Source: Leptolyngbyaceae cyanobacterium (lineage in GTDB: Bacteria > Cyanobacteriota > Cyanobacteriia > Phormidesmidales > Phormidesmidaceae). Taken from it: DNA of 64,000 nucleotides. The position numbers were made by a program, and so were the translations under genes. The DNA lies in contig CBDHHL010000032.1 in the NCBI GenBank assembly GCA_965263355.1, positions 1,856,001 through 1,920,000 on the forward strand, written 5' to 3'. The notes below the pieces were generated by a model. The model saw only the letters and a list, made by a program, of their open reading frames with translations. It was not told the origin of the DNA and made no database searches. Below, one piece after another: positions 19,245 to 30,008 of the stretch; within the stretch, counting starts at the first letter, position 1; every line of letters begins with the position of its first letter.

Positions 19245-20342
19245 TTAAGCTGTCTGATCTACAAGTAAACCTCCCTGGGAGAAGACCTTAGAAAGATCAA
19301 GAATACTCAAGCTTTTTTGGTGATATTGAGTTGCTCCTTGAAAAAATGCTTGAGAATGCTGAGATAATGCAGCGGGCATCGCTGAAATCTCTGAGAGAGG
19401 AAGATAAACAACATCCAGAACCTGATCAACCGTAATACCAGCGACAATATCATCAACCTCAATAACGACAGCCTTAGACGCTTGGGCAACTGTTTGGGCA
19501 AGGTTCAAGGTCTCTCGAATATCAATTAGAGTCATGATATCTCCGCGCAAATTAATGTTGCCCATAATGTGAGATGGGCAACAGGGAATGGGCTGAACAC
19601 GACGAATATTAATAAATTCTTGTATCTGCCCTAGCTCTAAACCAAAGTATTCGTCTGCCAGCTTGATTACAGCTAGGGGCATTAATTTATCACTATTAGA
19701 ACTCCCTGCTAATGCGTGACGTAGCTTGACAGCACGCTGTTGAAAAATAGCTTGTTCTTCTAATGTACTATTGGGACAGTAAAGTGAGAAAAAATTAGTC
19801 AAAACAGGTATTGGTTGCGCATCAAACACCTGTTCCTCGGGATAGGCCTTAGCACTGTCATCCTCTTCTATATTGTCAAGGTTAGCTTCCCAGACCATCA
19901 TGGCCACTTCATCCGTTTGGCGAATCAAGGACTCTGGATTGAGCAAGAGAATTAAATGATCATCAACCTTAGCCACCCCTGATGCGAATGCCGAATGCAC
20001 TGATTGTCTAAATTCATAGGTTGGTGCCGCTTCAATTATAGAAGGTGGCAGGGTTTGTACATCATGAACCCCATTAACCACCATTCCAATTTGTATTCCC
20101 TGCCATTCAATCACAATGACACTATCGCTTACCTGGCAAGTTGGCATATCTTGCCCCAAACGTTTAGCAAGGTGCATTACTGGCAAAATGGCTCCTCGCA
20201 AATTGAGGATACCGATGATGTCCCCCGGTGCATCAGCCATTGGTGTTAGCTCGGGGAGCTGAAAAATCTCTCGAACCTGGTCCGTTTTGAGACCGTACTG
20301 TAGGTCATTTAGTTCAAAAATTAAATAGGTTTGGGTTTCCAT
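19245..20342 (-). CDS. cheW: Double-domain CheW
   Basis: Two CheW repeats: GILNLRG and GNINLRG. Confidence 0.9.
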   Translation of the reverse strand: METQTYLIFELNDLQYGLKTDQVREIFQLPELTPMADAPGDIIGILNLRGAILPVMHLAKRLGQDMPTCQVSDSVIVIEWQGIQIGMVVNGVHDVQTLPPSIIEAAPTYEFRQSVHSAFASGVAKVDDHLILLLNPESLIRQTDEVAMMVWEANLDNIEEDDSAKAYPEEQVFDAQPIPVLTNFFSLYCPNSTLEEQAIFQQRAVKLRHALAGSSNSDKLMPLAVIKLADEYFGLELGQIQEFINIRRVQPIPCCPSHIMGNINLRGDIMTLIDIRETLNLAQTVAQASKAVVIEVDDIVAGITVDQVLDVVYLPLSEISAMPAALSQHSQAFFQGATQYHQKSLSILDLSKVFSQGGLLVDQTA

Positions 20343-20366
20343 GATGATCGATTAACAATGAACTCT

Positions 20367-21614
20367 CTACGATATAACTGTGCTAGGAATATATTTTTCT
20401 AATACTTCCAGTAATTTTGGACGGTCAACGGGTTTAGTTAAATAGTGGGTTGAGCCTACGATTTGACCTCTGAGTTTGTTAAACATTCCATCTTTAGCAG
20501 TCAGCATCACAATCGGAAGATCCCGAAACCTACCAATACTCCGAACGGTGCGACAAAGCTCTAGTCCGTCGATATCAGGCATTGTTACGTCCAACAGCAT
20601 TAGTTCGATTTTTTCTTTATTTAGCAGGCTGAGTGCATCCATCGCATTGCTTGCCAGTAGTACATGATAGTAGTCACCAATGGCGCGTTTAATCATTGTC
20701 TGCACTACTGGACTATCATCAACACTGAGAATGGTAGGGCGATTCTCAGTGACTTTGGCAACAATAGGAGCTGGCGGATCAGGAATTGTTTCGACCAGCC
20801 CATTGATGTTGATTTTCTGTGGATTAATGATTTTTTGTGAGTCATTAACAACCGTTTTTGGCGAATTCTCAATGGTGGATAGATACTTAGTTTGTTCAAA
20901 TGTAAGCCAGCCCATTTGCACAAATTTGAGATATTTATGGGCTAATTCCAATGGATCCAGGTTGATTTGGCTTGCTATTTCGTAAAGTGTTTGCTGGCCA
21001 TCGATCCACTGGGGCAAATGTTGTCGTGCCCAATCATCAGTGATAGTTTGATGGCTATGCAGAAGCTGATAGGGAATTGCATTGACAGAAGGAATGGTAT
21101 CGGCTAAGGATGCCCATACCTGCTGTCGCTGCATCATATCTTGCTCTAGTGGCTCCCAAGTAAACCCATGACAGTCTTCTCCATAGGCAAGATCAATAGA
21201 AATAGACGTATTTACGGTTAGTTTTCCTGCATAGGGAAAAATACGTTCTAATATCAAGATGACTTGTTTTCGAATATATTTTTCAACATCTTGCCAAGTA
21301 AATAGTTTAAGACGAACAAAAAGCTCTAGATGTTTACGTATAGAAGTCTGATCGTCGAGCCGTTTCTTAGCTAGCTGCAAAGCTGTTCTCATAATTTCTA
21401 AGTCGAAATGCTTTCCCAGCGCTTGTGAGAACGTTATTGGTTCCGGTAATGATAATCCGCAGTAGGTGAGTTCTCCATTGTGCCACACAAAAACCGTAGA
21501 ACGATTGTTATTTAGGACATTGGGAAAGGTTTCTATATAGGTAACCCCACTAAATTTCTTGTATTGCAGGTCTAAAATTACATCGCCTAAGTGATTAGCT
21601 TCAAATCGCAACAT
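20367..21614 (-). CDS. PatA-family response regulator
   Basis: PATAN-like N-terminus plus receiver (SVDDS, LLDVTMP, MLTAK, YLTKP). Confidence 0.85.
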   Translation of the reverse strand: MLRFEANHLGDVILDLQYKKFSGVTYIETFPNVLNNNRSTVFVWHNGELTYCGLSLPEPITFSQALGKHFDLEIMRTALQLAKKRLDDQTSIRKHLELFVRLKLFTWQDVEKYIRKQVILILERIFPYAGKLTVNTSISIDLAYGEDCHGFTWEPLEQDMMQRQQVWASLADTIPSVNAIPYQLLHSHQTITDDWARQHLPQWIDGQQTLYEIASQINLDPLELAHKYLKFVQMGWLTFEQTKYLSTIENSPKTVVNDSQKIINPQKININGLVETIPDPPAPIVAKVTENRPTILSVDDSPVVQTMIKRAIGDYYHVLLASNAMDALSLLNKEKIELMLLDVTMPDIDGLELCRTVRSIGRFRDLPIVMLTAKDGMFNKLRGQIVGSTHYLTKPVDRPKLLEVLEKYIPSTVIS

Positions 21615-21703
21615 TAATACTTTCCTATAGAAACTTTAGAAGGGTAAAAGACTTTTTCTTGACGCTGGTCATATAATGATTTAAGAAATGACACTAACAC
21701 TCT

Positions 21704-22885
21704 CTAAGTAACTACTTGAGATGGGACATATTTATTGAGCACTTCCATCAGTTTTAGTTGATTGATAGGCTTAGTTAAATAATGTGTTGAGCCGGCCATT
21801 TGCCCTTTAATCTTATTGAACATGCCATCCTTAGCCGTCAGCATGATCACTGGCAGATTTCGGAATTTATTAATCTTTCGGATCGTACGACAAAGTTCTA
21901 GCCCATCAATATCTGGCATTGTGACATCCAATAACAATAGGTCAATTTTTTCGCTATTTAATAGGTTGAGTGCATCCATTGCATTACTGGCTAGCAGTAG
22001 GTTATAGCAATCACCAATAGCGCGCTTAATCATTGTTTGTACAACGGTACTATCATCAACACTGAGAATTGTAGGTAGCTCTTGGGACAGTGACTCCTGA
22101 GGAAGTGTTTTTTGAAGGGTTGTTGGTGCACTACGGACAATAGATGTGTGACTCTCTTGACGAGGTTGAAACGTCAACCAACCCATCTGGACAAAATGCA
22201 TATAGCTATGGGCTAGCTCTAATGGATCTCGACCAATTGCATGGGCAATATCTCCTAGAGTACGCTGGCCGTCTATCCACTGGTGTACATGTTGTTGCAC
22301 CCAGGGATCATTGATTGTCTGTTGGGTTGCCTGGATGCGGTGGGGGATTGCGTTGATGGATGCGATCGCAGGTGATAATGAGGCCCATCCCTGCTGTCGC
22401 TGGTTGATTTCAGCCCCTAACTGTTGCCAGGTAAATCCATGGCTATCTTCTCCGTAGGCAAGATCAATGACTACAGTTGGATTTAATTTGATTGTTCCAC
22501 GATAGGGTAGGATTTCTTCTAATGTTAGAACGATTTGTTTGCGAATAAATGTTTCAAGATCTTGCCAGCTAAATAACTCAAGTTGGATGTATAGCTCTAA
22601 ATATTGACGAATAGAGGCCTGATTTTCAACTTTTTTACTAGCTAGTTGCAACGCTGCATCCATAATTTGCAGCTTAAAATGCTGCCCCAATTGTTGAGAT
22701 AATTCATGGGGCTCTGGCAAATATAGTCCCGCATAGGTGAGTTCACCGTTGAAAAAGCTTAAAACCCTAGGGTGCTGAAGTTTTCTAATATTAGACAGAG
22801 GCTCTACATAAGCAACTCCACTAAAACCATCATATTGTAAGTTTAAAATGGCACTGTCCAATTGCTTGGCGTTAAATTGAAGCAT
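21704..22885 (-). CDS. PatA-family response regulator (tandem paralog)
   Basis: Colinear with 20367-21614 (GELTY, IDLAYGED.HGFTW, QWIDGQ, receiver); GGAGG RBS before the ATG at 22885. Confidence 0.85.
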   Translation of the reverse strand: MLQFNAKQLDSAILNLQYDGFSGVAYVEPLSNIRKLQHPRVLSFFNGELTYAGLYLPEPHELSQQLGQHFKLQIMDAALQLASKKVENQASIRQYLELYIQLELFSWQDLETFIRKQIVLTLEEILPYRGTIKLNPTVVIDLAYGEDSHGFTWQQLGAEINQRQQGWASLSPAIASINAIPHRIQATQQTINDPWVQQHVHQWIDGQRTLGDIAHAIGRDPLELAHSYMHFVQMGWLTFQPRQESHTSIVRSAPTTLQKTLPQESLSQELPTILSVDDSTVVQTMIKRAIGDCYNLLLASNAMDALNLLNSEKIDLLLLDVTMPDIDGLELCRTIRKINKFRNLPVIMLTAKDGMFNKIKGQMAGSTHYLTKPINQLKLMEVLNKYVPSQVVT

Positions 22886-23204
22886 TAACACCCTCCCACA
22901 AAAGATTTAGAAGATCGTAAAAATGGTTTTATACAGTCAATAGACTGGCGTAAATACTGACTGTTGTTGGCAATGATTTACTCAGATGAATCGCCGAGCA
23001 AACAATCAACTCAGCTTGATGTTAATAATTCATGGCAACAAGTTTAAGGGAACAATCTTTACTCTCATTGTTGATTTTTCTATGGTTAAAGTGCCCACTA
23101 AATCAGAAGACGAACATAGAAAATAAGGGGGACAACTTAACCTGAGAAATCGTTACTCGGCAGATAATTGAAAGGCAGGGTACAAAAATCAGTTAATCCA
23201 GGGC

Positions 23205-23225
23205 GTAAGCGATTCAATCGCTTAC
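23205..23225. repeat. Perfect palindrome upstream of the ExoV-like gene
   Basis: GTAAGCGATT-C-AATCGCTTAC. Confidence 0.5.
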
Positions 23226-23273
23226 AATATCCCATGGATGAGGTTTTATTGGTCAGATCTGTATGGATGGGAT

Positions 23274-24182
23274 ATGAAGATCTTTTATTACCGACGACGG
23301 GATAGTCAGCCTAATTTTGGAGATGAGCTAAATACGTGGCTGTGGCCCCAATTGCTGCCGAATTTCTTTGATGATGATGAGTCTACCCAGTTTATCGGCA
23401 CTGGGACCTTACTTAATCATCGATTACCAGAACGCACAGCTAATGCCCAGCGTCTGATTATATTTAGCAGTGGTGCCGGTTATGAACAGCCATTATCAGA
23501 GATTCCATCCCATTGGCATATTGCCTGTGTTAGAGGTCCACTATCCGCCAGACGTTTACAGTTGCCCAGTCAAAAAGCCATTACAGATGGGGGTATTTTA
23601 GTGCGCCGCTGCTTTTCTCCTGTTGGGGGAACAATAGCTCCCTATGGGTTTATGCCTCATATTCACCATGCTAATTTTGCCGATGTGACCTGGAAAACCC
23701 TGTGTAAAGATGTTGGTATTAGCTACATAGACCCTCGTTGGCCCATAGAACAGATTTTAGAGGCCATTAGTAGTACAGAAGTTTTATTGGCAGAAGCCAT
23801 GCATGGGGCAATTGTGGCCGATGCCCTCAGAACGGCCTGGATTCCTATTATTACTAGCCCTAGGATTCTGAGCTTTAAATGGCAAGACTGGTGTGCCTCC
23901 ATTGGTGTGCCCTATCGTCCCTGGAGATTGTTGCCATTACCAGACTATCCAAAATATGCGCAGGGATTTCGGTCATCACTCCAGGCCGGATGGCTCCGAG
24001 CAAAATGGGGACAGCAGCTATTAGAACATCAGCCAACACAGCTATTCAGCCAATCCACAGCAGATACTCTTAGAAGAGTAATCAAACACGGTCGGCCAGT
24101 TTTAAGTGAGGACGCCACCCTAGAACAGTTGACCACTCAGTTAGAAACAACATTAAGTTCTCTAAAGAAATCTCTAGTTTAG
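23274..24182 (+). CDS. Polysaccharide pyruvyltransferase (ExoV-like)
   Basis: NFGDELN.WLW, VRGPLSA, EAMHGAIVADALR and FKWQDW motifs. Confidence 0.85.
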   Translation: MKIFYYRRRDSQPNFGDELNTWLWPQLLPNFFDDDESTQFIGTGTLLNHRLPERTANAQRLIIFSSGAGYEQPLSEIPSHWHIACVRGPLSARRLQLPSQKAITDGGILVRRCFSPVGGTIAPYGFMPHIHHANFADVTWKTLCKDVGISYIDPRWPIEQILEAISSTEVLLAEAMHGAIVADALRTAWIPIITSPRILSFKWQDWCASIGVPYRPWRLLPLPDYPKYAQGFRSSLQAGWLRAKWGQQLLEHQPTQLFSQSTADTLRRVIKHGRPVLSEDATLEQLTTQLETTLSSLKKSLV

Positions 24183-24269
24183 TGAGTTGATAATCACTCA
24201 GCAACGCTTAAGGGGTTCATCGCTACAATCGCGCATCTGCTTATAGTGTATCTGTACTGTAGTGGACTC

Positions 24270-25376
24270 CTAATGTTTTGTCTGTTTTAGTATCAACCAG
24301 ATTAGAATTGGAGCGCCCAATAGGGCCATGACTGCATTGAGGGGAAGAACGATTTGGCTACCAGGAATCTGGGCAATACTGTTGGCCACCAGGGCTAACA
24401 TTGCCCCCAGCAAAGCGACAACAGGTACCAATATCCGGTGGTCTTGAGTGTGAAAAAGACTACGGCCCAGATGGGGAACAGCCACCCCTAGAAACGCGAT
24501 CGGACCACAAAATGCAGTGATGCTGCCTGCCAAAAGAGAAGCACTAAAAATCAGATAGCAGCGCACGATTGTGATGGATAGTCCGAGGCTAATGGCTTGT
24601 TCTTCACCCAGGAGTAAAAGGTTGAGAGGCTTACAAGCAAATTGGGAAATTATTAGTCCAACGCTTACCATCGATAACAAAATTGGCATCTGTTGCCAGG
24701 TAACTCCGCTAAAACTACCAAAAGTCCAATTGAGATAGGCCAGGGTTTGTTCTAGGCGGCTAAAGTGTAGCAGAATTGTCACGAGGGCAGTGGTGACATA
24801 GCCCAGCATAAGGCCAAAGATCAGCAGCGCCAGGGAGCTACGAACCTGACGAGCAATTAGGAGAACCAGGAGCATTGCGATCGCAGCCCCCGCACTAGCG
24901 GCTCCTACCACACTCAACTGGCCCCACCAGCCTATTCCACCCCCCGTTAAGACAATCAAGGCCGCGCCAAGACTAGCTCCAGCATTAATTCCAAGGACGG
25001 ATGGTCCAGCCAGTGGGTTACGGAATAGGGCCTGAAGTTGGAGACCACTAATGGCTAAAGCTGAGCCTGCGGCCATGGCGGTGAGGGAACGGGGAAGACG
25101 AAAATTGAGGATGATTTCTTGCCAGGCAGGTTTTGTAGCAGTGCTACCAAAAAGAATATTGAGCACTTCGTTGGGGGGAATGGCTACGGAGCCGAGGGCA
25201 AGGCTCGTGATAAATGTTATTAGCAGAGTAATTGTGAGGATGGTTAAACCAGTTAGATGGTTAATGGAGAGAGATTTAAATTGGTAATTGAATAGTCTGC
25301 TAAATAATTTGTTTAACTGAGGGACTGCTGGGTGCCTAGTATGTCTAGGTTTTAGGGGGTAGATTTTGTTGGCCAT
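24270..25376 (-). CDS. btuC: Cobalamin ABC transporter permease (FecCD family)
   Basis: RLPR, FRNPLAGPSVLG and GPIAFLG motifs; lies in a riboswitch-controlled operon. Confidence 0.85.
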   Translation of the reverse strand: MANKIYPLKPRHTRHPAVPQLNKLFSRLFNYQFKSLSINHLTGLTILTITLLITFITSLALGSVAIPPNEVLNILFGSTATKPAWQEIILNFRLPRSLTAMAAGSALAISGLQLQALFRNPLAGPSVLGINAGASLGAALIVLTGGGIGWWGQLSVVGAASAGAAIAMLLVLLIARQVRSSLALLIFGLMLGYVTTALVTILLHFSRLEQTLAYLNWTFGSFSGVTWQQMPILLSMVSVGLIISQFACKPLNLLLLGEEQAISLGLSITIVRCYLIFSASLLAGSITAFCGPIAFLGVAVPHLGRSLFHTQDHRILVPVVALLGAMLALVANSIAQIPGSQIVLPLNAVMALLGAPILIWLILKQTKH

Positions 25377-25658
25377 AATAAATCTGTTGTGGTTTTTCGA
25401 ATGTTGGGGAAGAGCTTAAATGTGCTGCTTGGGGTCCCTCCGAGTTCACATTCGGAAGTAGGTATAGTATCCCAATTAGGTAAACTGGAGGAATACGGAT
25501 ATGGCAAATTGGATCGATTTGGCTATCGGTGAAGCGGTTTAGAATTTTATGTGTCGCAATACATAAAATTCTAAACCGTTTTATCCATGTCGTTGTTAGA
25601 CTCTTTCTATCCATAAATTTTTTTCTTATAAAGACTTGGAAAATACTTTTGCTCGGAC

Positions 25659-26459
25659 CTAACTGTAACTTAGCTTTCTCGCTATTGGCTCAGTGTCTCG
25701 AATAATGGTGACCCTTCTCACTTTCGTTCTGTAAGTCCCATCTGCATACAACCAAATCAGCCTAAAACCCGGCTTCTCTTCCACAATACCCACATCCAAT
25801 GACGTCACCTGCAAACAAGTCGACGGACATCCATAAAAGCTAATCCCCTCAGCCGTCTCCTGCCGAAACTCATGGTGAATATGCCCAAAAAAAACTACTT
25901 TAACGTTGGAAAATTGATTGATCAGTGAGAGAAATTCATCCGCATTTTGTACCTGCATCAGATCCACCCAATCAATACCTACCGGCAACGGTTGATGATG
26001 CAACGCGATGAGCGTAGGCTTATGGGAAGACTGACGCAAGTAACGTTGAAGTCGCTGTAACTGTTGTTCAGACAAATAACCTTCACCAAATTTTGCCTGG
26101 GGTAACACTGAATCAAGGAGAATCAGCTGCCAGGAACCCAGATTAACTGAAGTGAGTCCTTGAGCTGTAGGCAACTGCCGACATATCTGTTGAAGCCTAG
26201 GCAAGTGGTCATGATTACCAGGAATCCAATAGACGGGCAGTTGAAACGGTGCGATCGCATCCACTAAATGCCCATAGGCTTCAACATCCCCCTGTTCGGC
26301 CAAATCTCCTGTCAACAATAGCCCATCAGGTTTACACCGCATCACTTCCCGTAATACGGTATTAAATGACTGCCAGGGATTACAGCCCCGTAGCAGAGCC
26401 GTCGTTTGGGCTAGCAAATGGCTATCGGTAACTTGGGCTAATAGGAACGGTAAGCTCAT
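25659..26459 (-). CDS. cpdA: CpdA/Icc-type metallophosphoesterase
   Basis: QVTDSH, TGDLAE, PGNHD, LHHQP and FGHIH motifs; start overlaps the btuF stop (ATGA). Confidence 0.88.
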   Translation of the reverse strand: MSLPFLLAQVTDSHLLAQTTALLRGCNPWQSFNTVLREVMRCKPDGLLLTGDLAEQGDVEAYGHLVDAIAPFQLPVYWIPGNHDHLPRLQQICRQLPTAQGLTSVNLGSWQLILLDSVLPQAKFGEGYLSEQQLQRLQRYLRQSSHKPTLIALHHQPLPVGIDWVDLMQVQNADEFLSLINQFSNVKVVFFGHIHHEFRQETAEGISFYGCPSTCLQVTSLDVGIVEEKPGFRLIWLYADGTYRTKVRRVTIIRDTEPIARKLSYS

Positions 26460-27688
26460 GGTTCTAACTTTTGGTAGTACACTAATTCATGGTCGGGTAG
26501 AAGCTCCGGATGAAAAATCTTAACTAAATCCGCCAGAATCAGGTGAGGATTAACAGCACCGCTTTCCCAGTAATCGTTGCCACCGGTATCATTCATACGG
26601 GCATTGTTATTGAAAACGTTTTCTTGCTTAAAGGCTCCAAAGTTGCCATAGCGAGGGTCGGTTGCGATCGCATCGCCATAGGCTAACCAATCCTGACTAA
26701 CATTCACCCACACATCAGCCGCCGCCGCCTGATCAAAAACAGATTCAAAATCCAACGGGATGGTAACAGTAGACTCATTTTCTGCCCACAAATAATTTGA
26801 ACCTGCATCTTTTAACAGCTGAGCAGCATAGCTTTTACCCCCTGGCATATACCAAGTACCCTCGTAGCTAAAGCCAGAAAAAACGGTTGGTCGTTTTGAG
26901 ACAGTTGCTGTTAACTCCACTAATGATTCATACGCTGTAGAGATATCTGCAAACACTTGTTGAGCAGTTACCTCTTGATTAAAAAACAATGCTGTAAAGG
27001 TTAACCATTCAGCTCGTCCCAGGGGAGAGTTTTCCACATATTCCCCTAGTAAAACCACCGGTAATCCTACTTGGATCAAGCGCTTATAACTATCGACATC
27101 CGGATCACCGGTACCATAAGCCATGATCAGGTCTGGAGAACTAACTAACAGTCGCTCAATATCAAGGGTTCTACCTGAGCTAAATTCTATGAGTTTTCCC
27201 TGCTCAATTTTTGTACGCACATTAGGCGTGTATACAAAACTAAAATTATCCATACCCACCAGCGCATCTATTTCGTTTAACAGCTCTAAATGGGGCAGAT
27301 ACGTCGTAGACAGTGTAACAACGCTACTAACAGGCACCTGTATCACCTGAGCTTCTGTAAATCCCTCTGGAGTCGGTGTACCGCATTGTACTAGCAGATA
27401 TTCAAAGGTTTCATTAGCAGCTTGCCATGGCTGAACCACCGTTACGATCTTGTAATGGTTGTAGTAGTCAACAGAAAAGCCGATGGCGTACTCTGGCTGA
27501 ACTTTGTTGGGAAAATAGTCTTTATTAGGATCATAGTCAGTTACACAGGCAGAATTTGCAGATTTTTCAGAGATGGGGGGGGCTGTTACAGAGGGAAGTT
27601 GCCGACAGCTAACAGTTGTGAATAAACCTGTTAGGAACACTGCCGTAAAGACAGGCTTATCCCCTAGCCACTTAGATCGGTACATCAT
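26456..27688 (-). CDS. btuF: Cobalamin ABC substrate-binding lipoprotein
   Basis: Lipobox-like TVSC; SPLGRAEW, GNDYWESG and ADLVKIFHP motifs. Confidence 0.85.
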   Translation of the reverse strand: MMYRSKWLGDKPVFTAVFLTGLFTTVSCRQLPSVTAPPISEKSANSACVTDYDPNKDYFPNKVQPEYAIGFSVDYYNHYKIVTVVQPWQAANETFEYLLVQCGTPTPEGFTEAQVIQVPVSSVVTLSTTYLPHLELLNEIDALVGMDNFSFVYTPNVRTKIEQGKLIEFSSGRTLDIERLLVSSPDLIMAYGTGDPDVDSYKRLIQVGLPVVLLGEYVENSPLGRAEWLTFTALFFNQEVTAQQVFADISTAYESLVELTATVSKRPTVFSGFSYEGTWYMPGGKSYAAQLLKDAGSNYLWAENESTVTIPLDFESVFDQAAAADVWVNVSQDWLAYGDAIATDPRYGNFGAFKQENVFNNNARMNDTGGNDYWESGAVNPHLILADLVKIFHPELLPDHELVYYQKLEP

Positions 27689-27709
27689 CGTTCCCTTCTC
27701 CTTAGCGCA

Positions 27710-29815
27710 TCAAAATGTCCCTTTTATCCCTACCTGGATGCTTCGCCCCACCCCTGGAAAGCCAGGAAACTCTTCAAACTCCTCGTCAAAAATATTGTCC
27801 ATACTTGCTCTTAATGTCCAGTTATCACTCAGAGGTACCCGTAATTTAAAGTCCATAGTTGTTCGTCCGTCAAGAGTTTCTAGGTTACCTCTATCAACAA
27901 AAGTATCACTGATGGAGTGCAAAAACAGAGCAGCGTACAACCCATCTCCTGGCTCATAGGCTACACCAAAATTAAAGCTGTCTGCATTAGTGAATGGCAA
28001 AGAGTTACCTTTATCGGCTGGGTTAGAACTTTCCCTGATTTCTGGACGGTTCCATGTATAGTTAGCAAAGGTAAACACATTGTCAAATACCTGGTAACTC
28101 AGCTCCGTTTCGATGCCAACAGACTCCACATGATCTATGTTTTCAAGTCTGAAGGTTTCACTGTCAAAGTTAATGGCATCATCAATTTCGTTACGATAGA
28201 AGGTAAATCTAAATAAACCTCGCTTCCCAATTTGTTGATCAATACCGACGTCAAAGCTAAGCCCAGTTTCTGGCTCAAGGTCTGGGTTGTTGGTATTGAA
28301 CGTTGTCAAAAAGAGATCCGAGAGAGTGGGTACGCGAAAATTACGAGCAAAGTTAGCCCGAAAATTAGTGGTATCGGTTAGGGCCACCCGTGTCCCCAGA
28401 TTAAAGGATGTAAAAGAGCCATCAGCCAAATCGTTGAAATCTTGGCGAATGCCAGCATTTACACTAAAATGAGATGTGATATCAGCCTGATATCGTACAA
28501 AAATACCCGTTTGGTTGATACTTTCGTCATAGGCCTCGGTGGTTATCCCTGTCAACAAATTTGTTGTCTCATTCTCTGCTTGAACGTTGCGATAGTCGAC
28601 GCCATAGGCAATATTTTGATTACTAGCAAATTGCCATGAGTGTTGTAATTGCCCTCCGAGAGATGTCTGGTCAATCCGGTCTTCCGAAGGATTATCAAAA
28701 CTATTATCAGCCACCGGGTCATTGAACGTTAAGTCAAGGAAATCGCCAAACAAGCGTGCTGTTAGTAATGAGTCATCACCTTGTCCTAGCTTTAACTCAT
28801 AGGTCAGATCAAGCAGCAAGTTTTCTGTGTACTGATTATCATCCTCAGTTAATGTATTAAACGCACCAAACCCGCTAGGTGTAGGCACACCACCAGGAAC
28901 ATTTAAATCTTTTGTCAGATATAATGCTCCCAAGTTGAGACGATTCCGGTCGTTGAAGTCAGCTGCCAATTGAAAATTGAGATTGTTATAGAGCACCTCT
29001 GCATTGGTGCGAGTACCCTCAAAGTCAGTTGTGCTTAGACTAAAAGGAAAGTCATTGTCCGAATCGGTGCGATTATAACCCAAGCTCCAGTTAATATTAC
29101 TAGTGTTTCCTCGTACTTGTAGTACCTGACTGTTATAACCAAAACTGCCAAGATCAAAGCTAGTTTTAGCTTCAATGCCTTCCTCCACCAATGGTCTGCG
29201 CGTAATAATGTTAATAACACCACCGATAGCATTGGACCCGTATAGCACTGAACCGCCCCCTGGCAGTACTTCGATTTGCTCCACTGCATCGGTTGTAAAA
29301 TTCGATAAGTCAAACGCTCCCGCAGCACCAATCTCGTTAATAGGACGTCCATCCAGTAAAATTAGGGTTTGAGCTGACCCATTCCCCCGAATAAACTGGC
29401 TACTTTGGGCTCCAATCTGACCACCCGCTGTACCTTCACTCAACACACCTGGTAAAAAGCGTAATGCTTCATCAACAGTGCGTGCCCCCTGAGCTTCGAT
29501 TTGCTCACGGTTGATCACATAGACTGGCTGTGTCGCCTCACGTACGGTGCCCTCACGACGGAAAGGGGTGTAGACTGGCTGATCAAGAATGCTCTCGATC
29601 ACATTAATTCGCAGAATATCGTCATCATCAGAAGACTGAGCGAATATTGCTGACGTTTCTGGATTGAATATTTCTTCGGCCCAAGCAGGTGCCACTAGCA
29701 GCCAAGGTAGCAGAATAAAAGAAACAGAAAATTTGGACATGGTAGATGATAATTGTTTTTTCAGTTTGAAGTGCGTTGGATGAGGAGAATCTAAAAGCCA
29801 AATCATTGACTTCAT
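27710..29815 (-). CDS. btuB: TonB-dependent cobalamin receptor
   Basis: Plug domain (ILLDGRP, EQIEVL..GSVLYGSNAIGGVINIIT), terminal Phe, upstream B12 riboswitch. An alternative start at 29740 gives a clean signal peptide. Confidence 0.9.
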   Translation of the reverse strand: MKSMIWLLDSPHPTHFKLKKQLSSTMSKFSVSFILLPWLLVAPAWAEEIFNPETSAIFAQSSDDDDILRINVIESILDQPVYTPFRREGTVREATQPVYVINREQIEAQGARTVDEALRFLPGVLSEGTAGGQIGAQSSQFIRGNGSAQTLILLDGRPINEIGAAGAFDLSNFTTDAVEQIEVLPGGGSVLYGSNAIGGVINIITRRPLVEEGIEAKTSFDLGSFGYNSQVLQVRGNTSNINWSLGYNRTDSDNDFPFSLSTTDFEGTRTNAEVLYNNLNFQLAADFNDRNRLNLGALYLTKDLNVPGGVPTPSGFGAFNTLTEDDNQYTENLLLDLTYELKLGQGDDSLLTARLFGDFLDLTFNDPVADNSFDNPSEDRIDQTSLGGQLQHSWQFASNQNIAYGVDYRNVQAENETTNLLTGITTEAYDESINQTGIFVRYQADITSHFSVNAGIRQDFNDLADGSFTSFNLGTRVALTDTTNFRANFARNFRVPTLSDLFLTTFNTNNPDLEPETGLSFDVGIDQQIGKRGLFRFTFYRNEIDDAINFDSETFRLENIDHVESVGIETELSYQVFDNVFTFANYTWNRPEIRESSNPADKGNSLPFTNADSFNFGVAYEPGDGLYAALFLHSISDTFVDRGNLETLDGRTTMDFKLRVPLSDNWTLRASMDNIFDEEFEEFPGFPGVGRSIQVGIKGTF

Positions 29816-30008
29816 CTTTCAGTCCCTCCTGCCTGAAGAGAAAGAGAAAAAAGGAAAAAATCTGACACAATATGATTTTTTCCAACTCAAAACTTCTCCT
29901 CAGGGAAAAGGCTTTAAAGTGAGGGGCAAAGCCTACATTTACAAGCCAACTCTCAGGTATCTATCCAGCTAAGTGATGTAGGTTTAAGCCGATTTAGAGA
30001 CATTATGC

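Noticed and set aside
25345..25614. 89-aa ORF between cpdA and btuC as the missing btuD
   Set aside because: No Walker motifs, overlaps btuC, and looks non-coding.
24270..29815. Iron-siderophore uptake operon
   Set aside because: The upstream cobalamin riboswitch points to corrinoid uptake.
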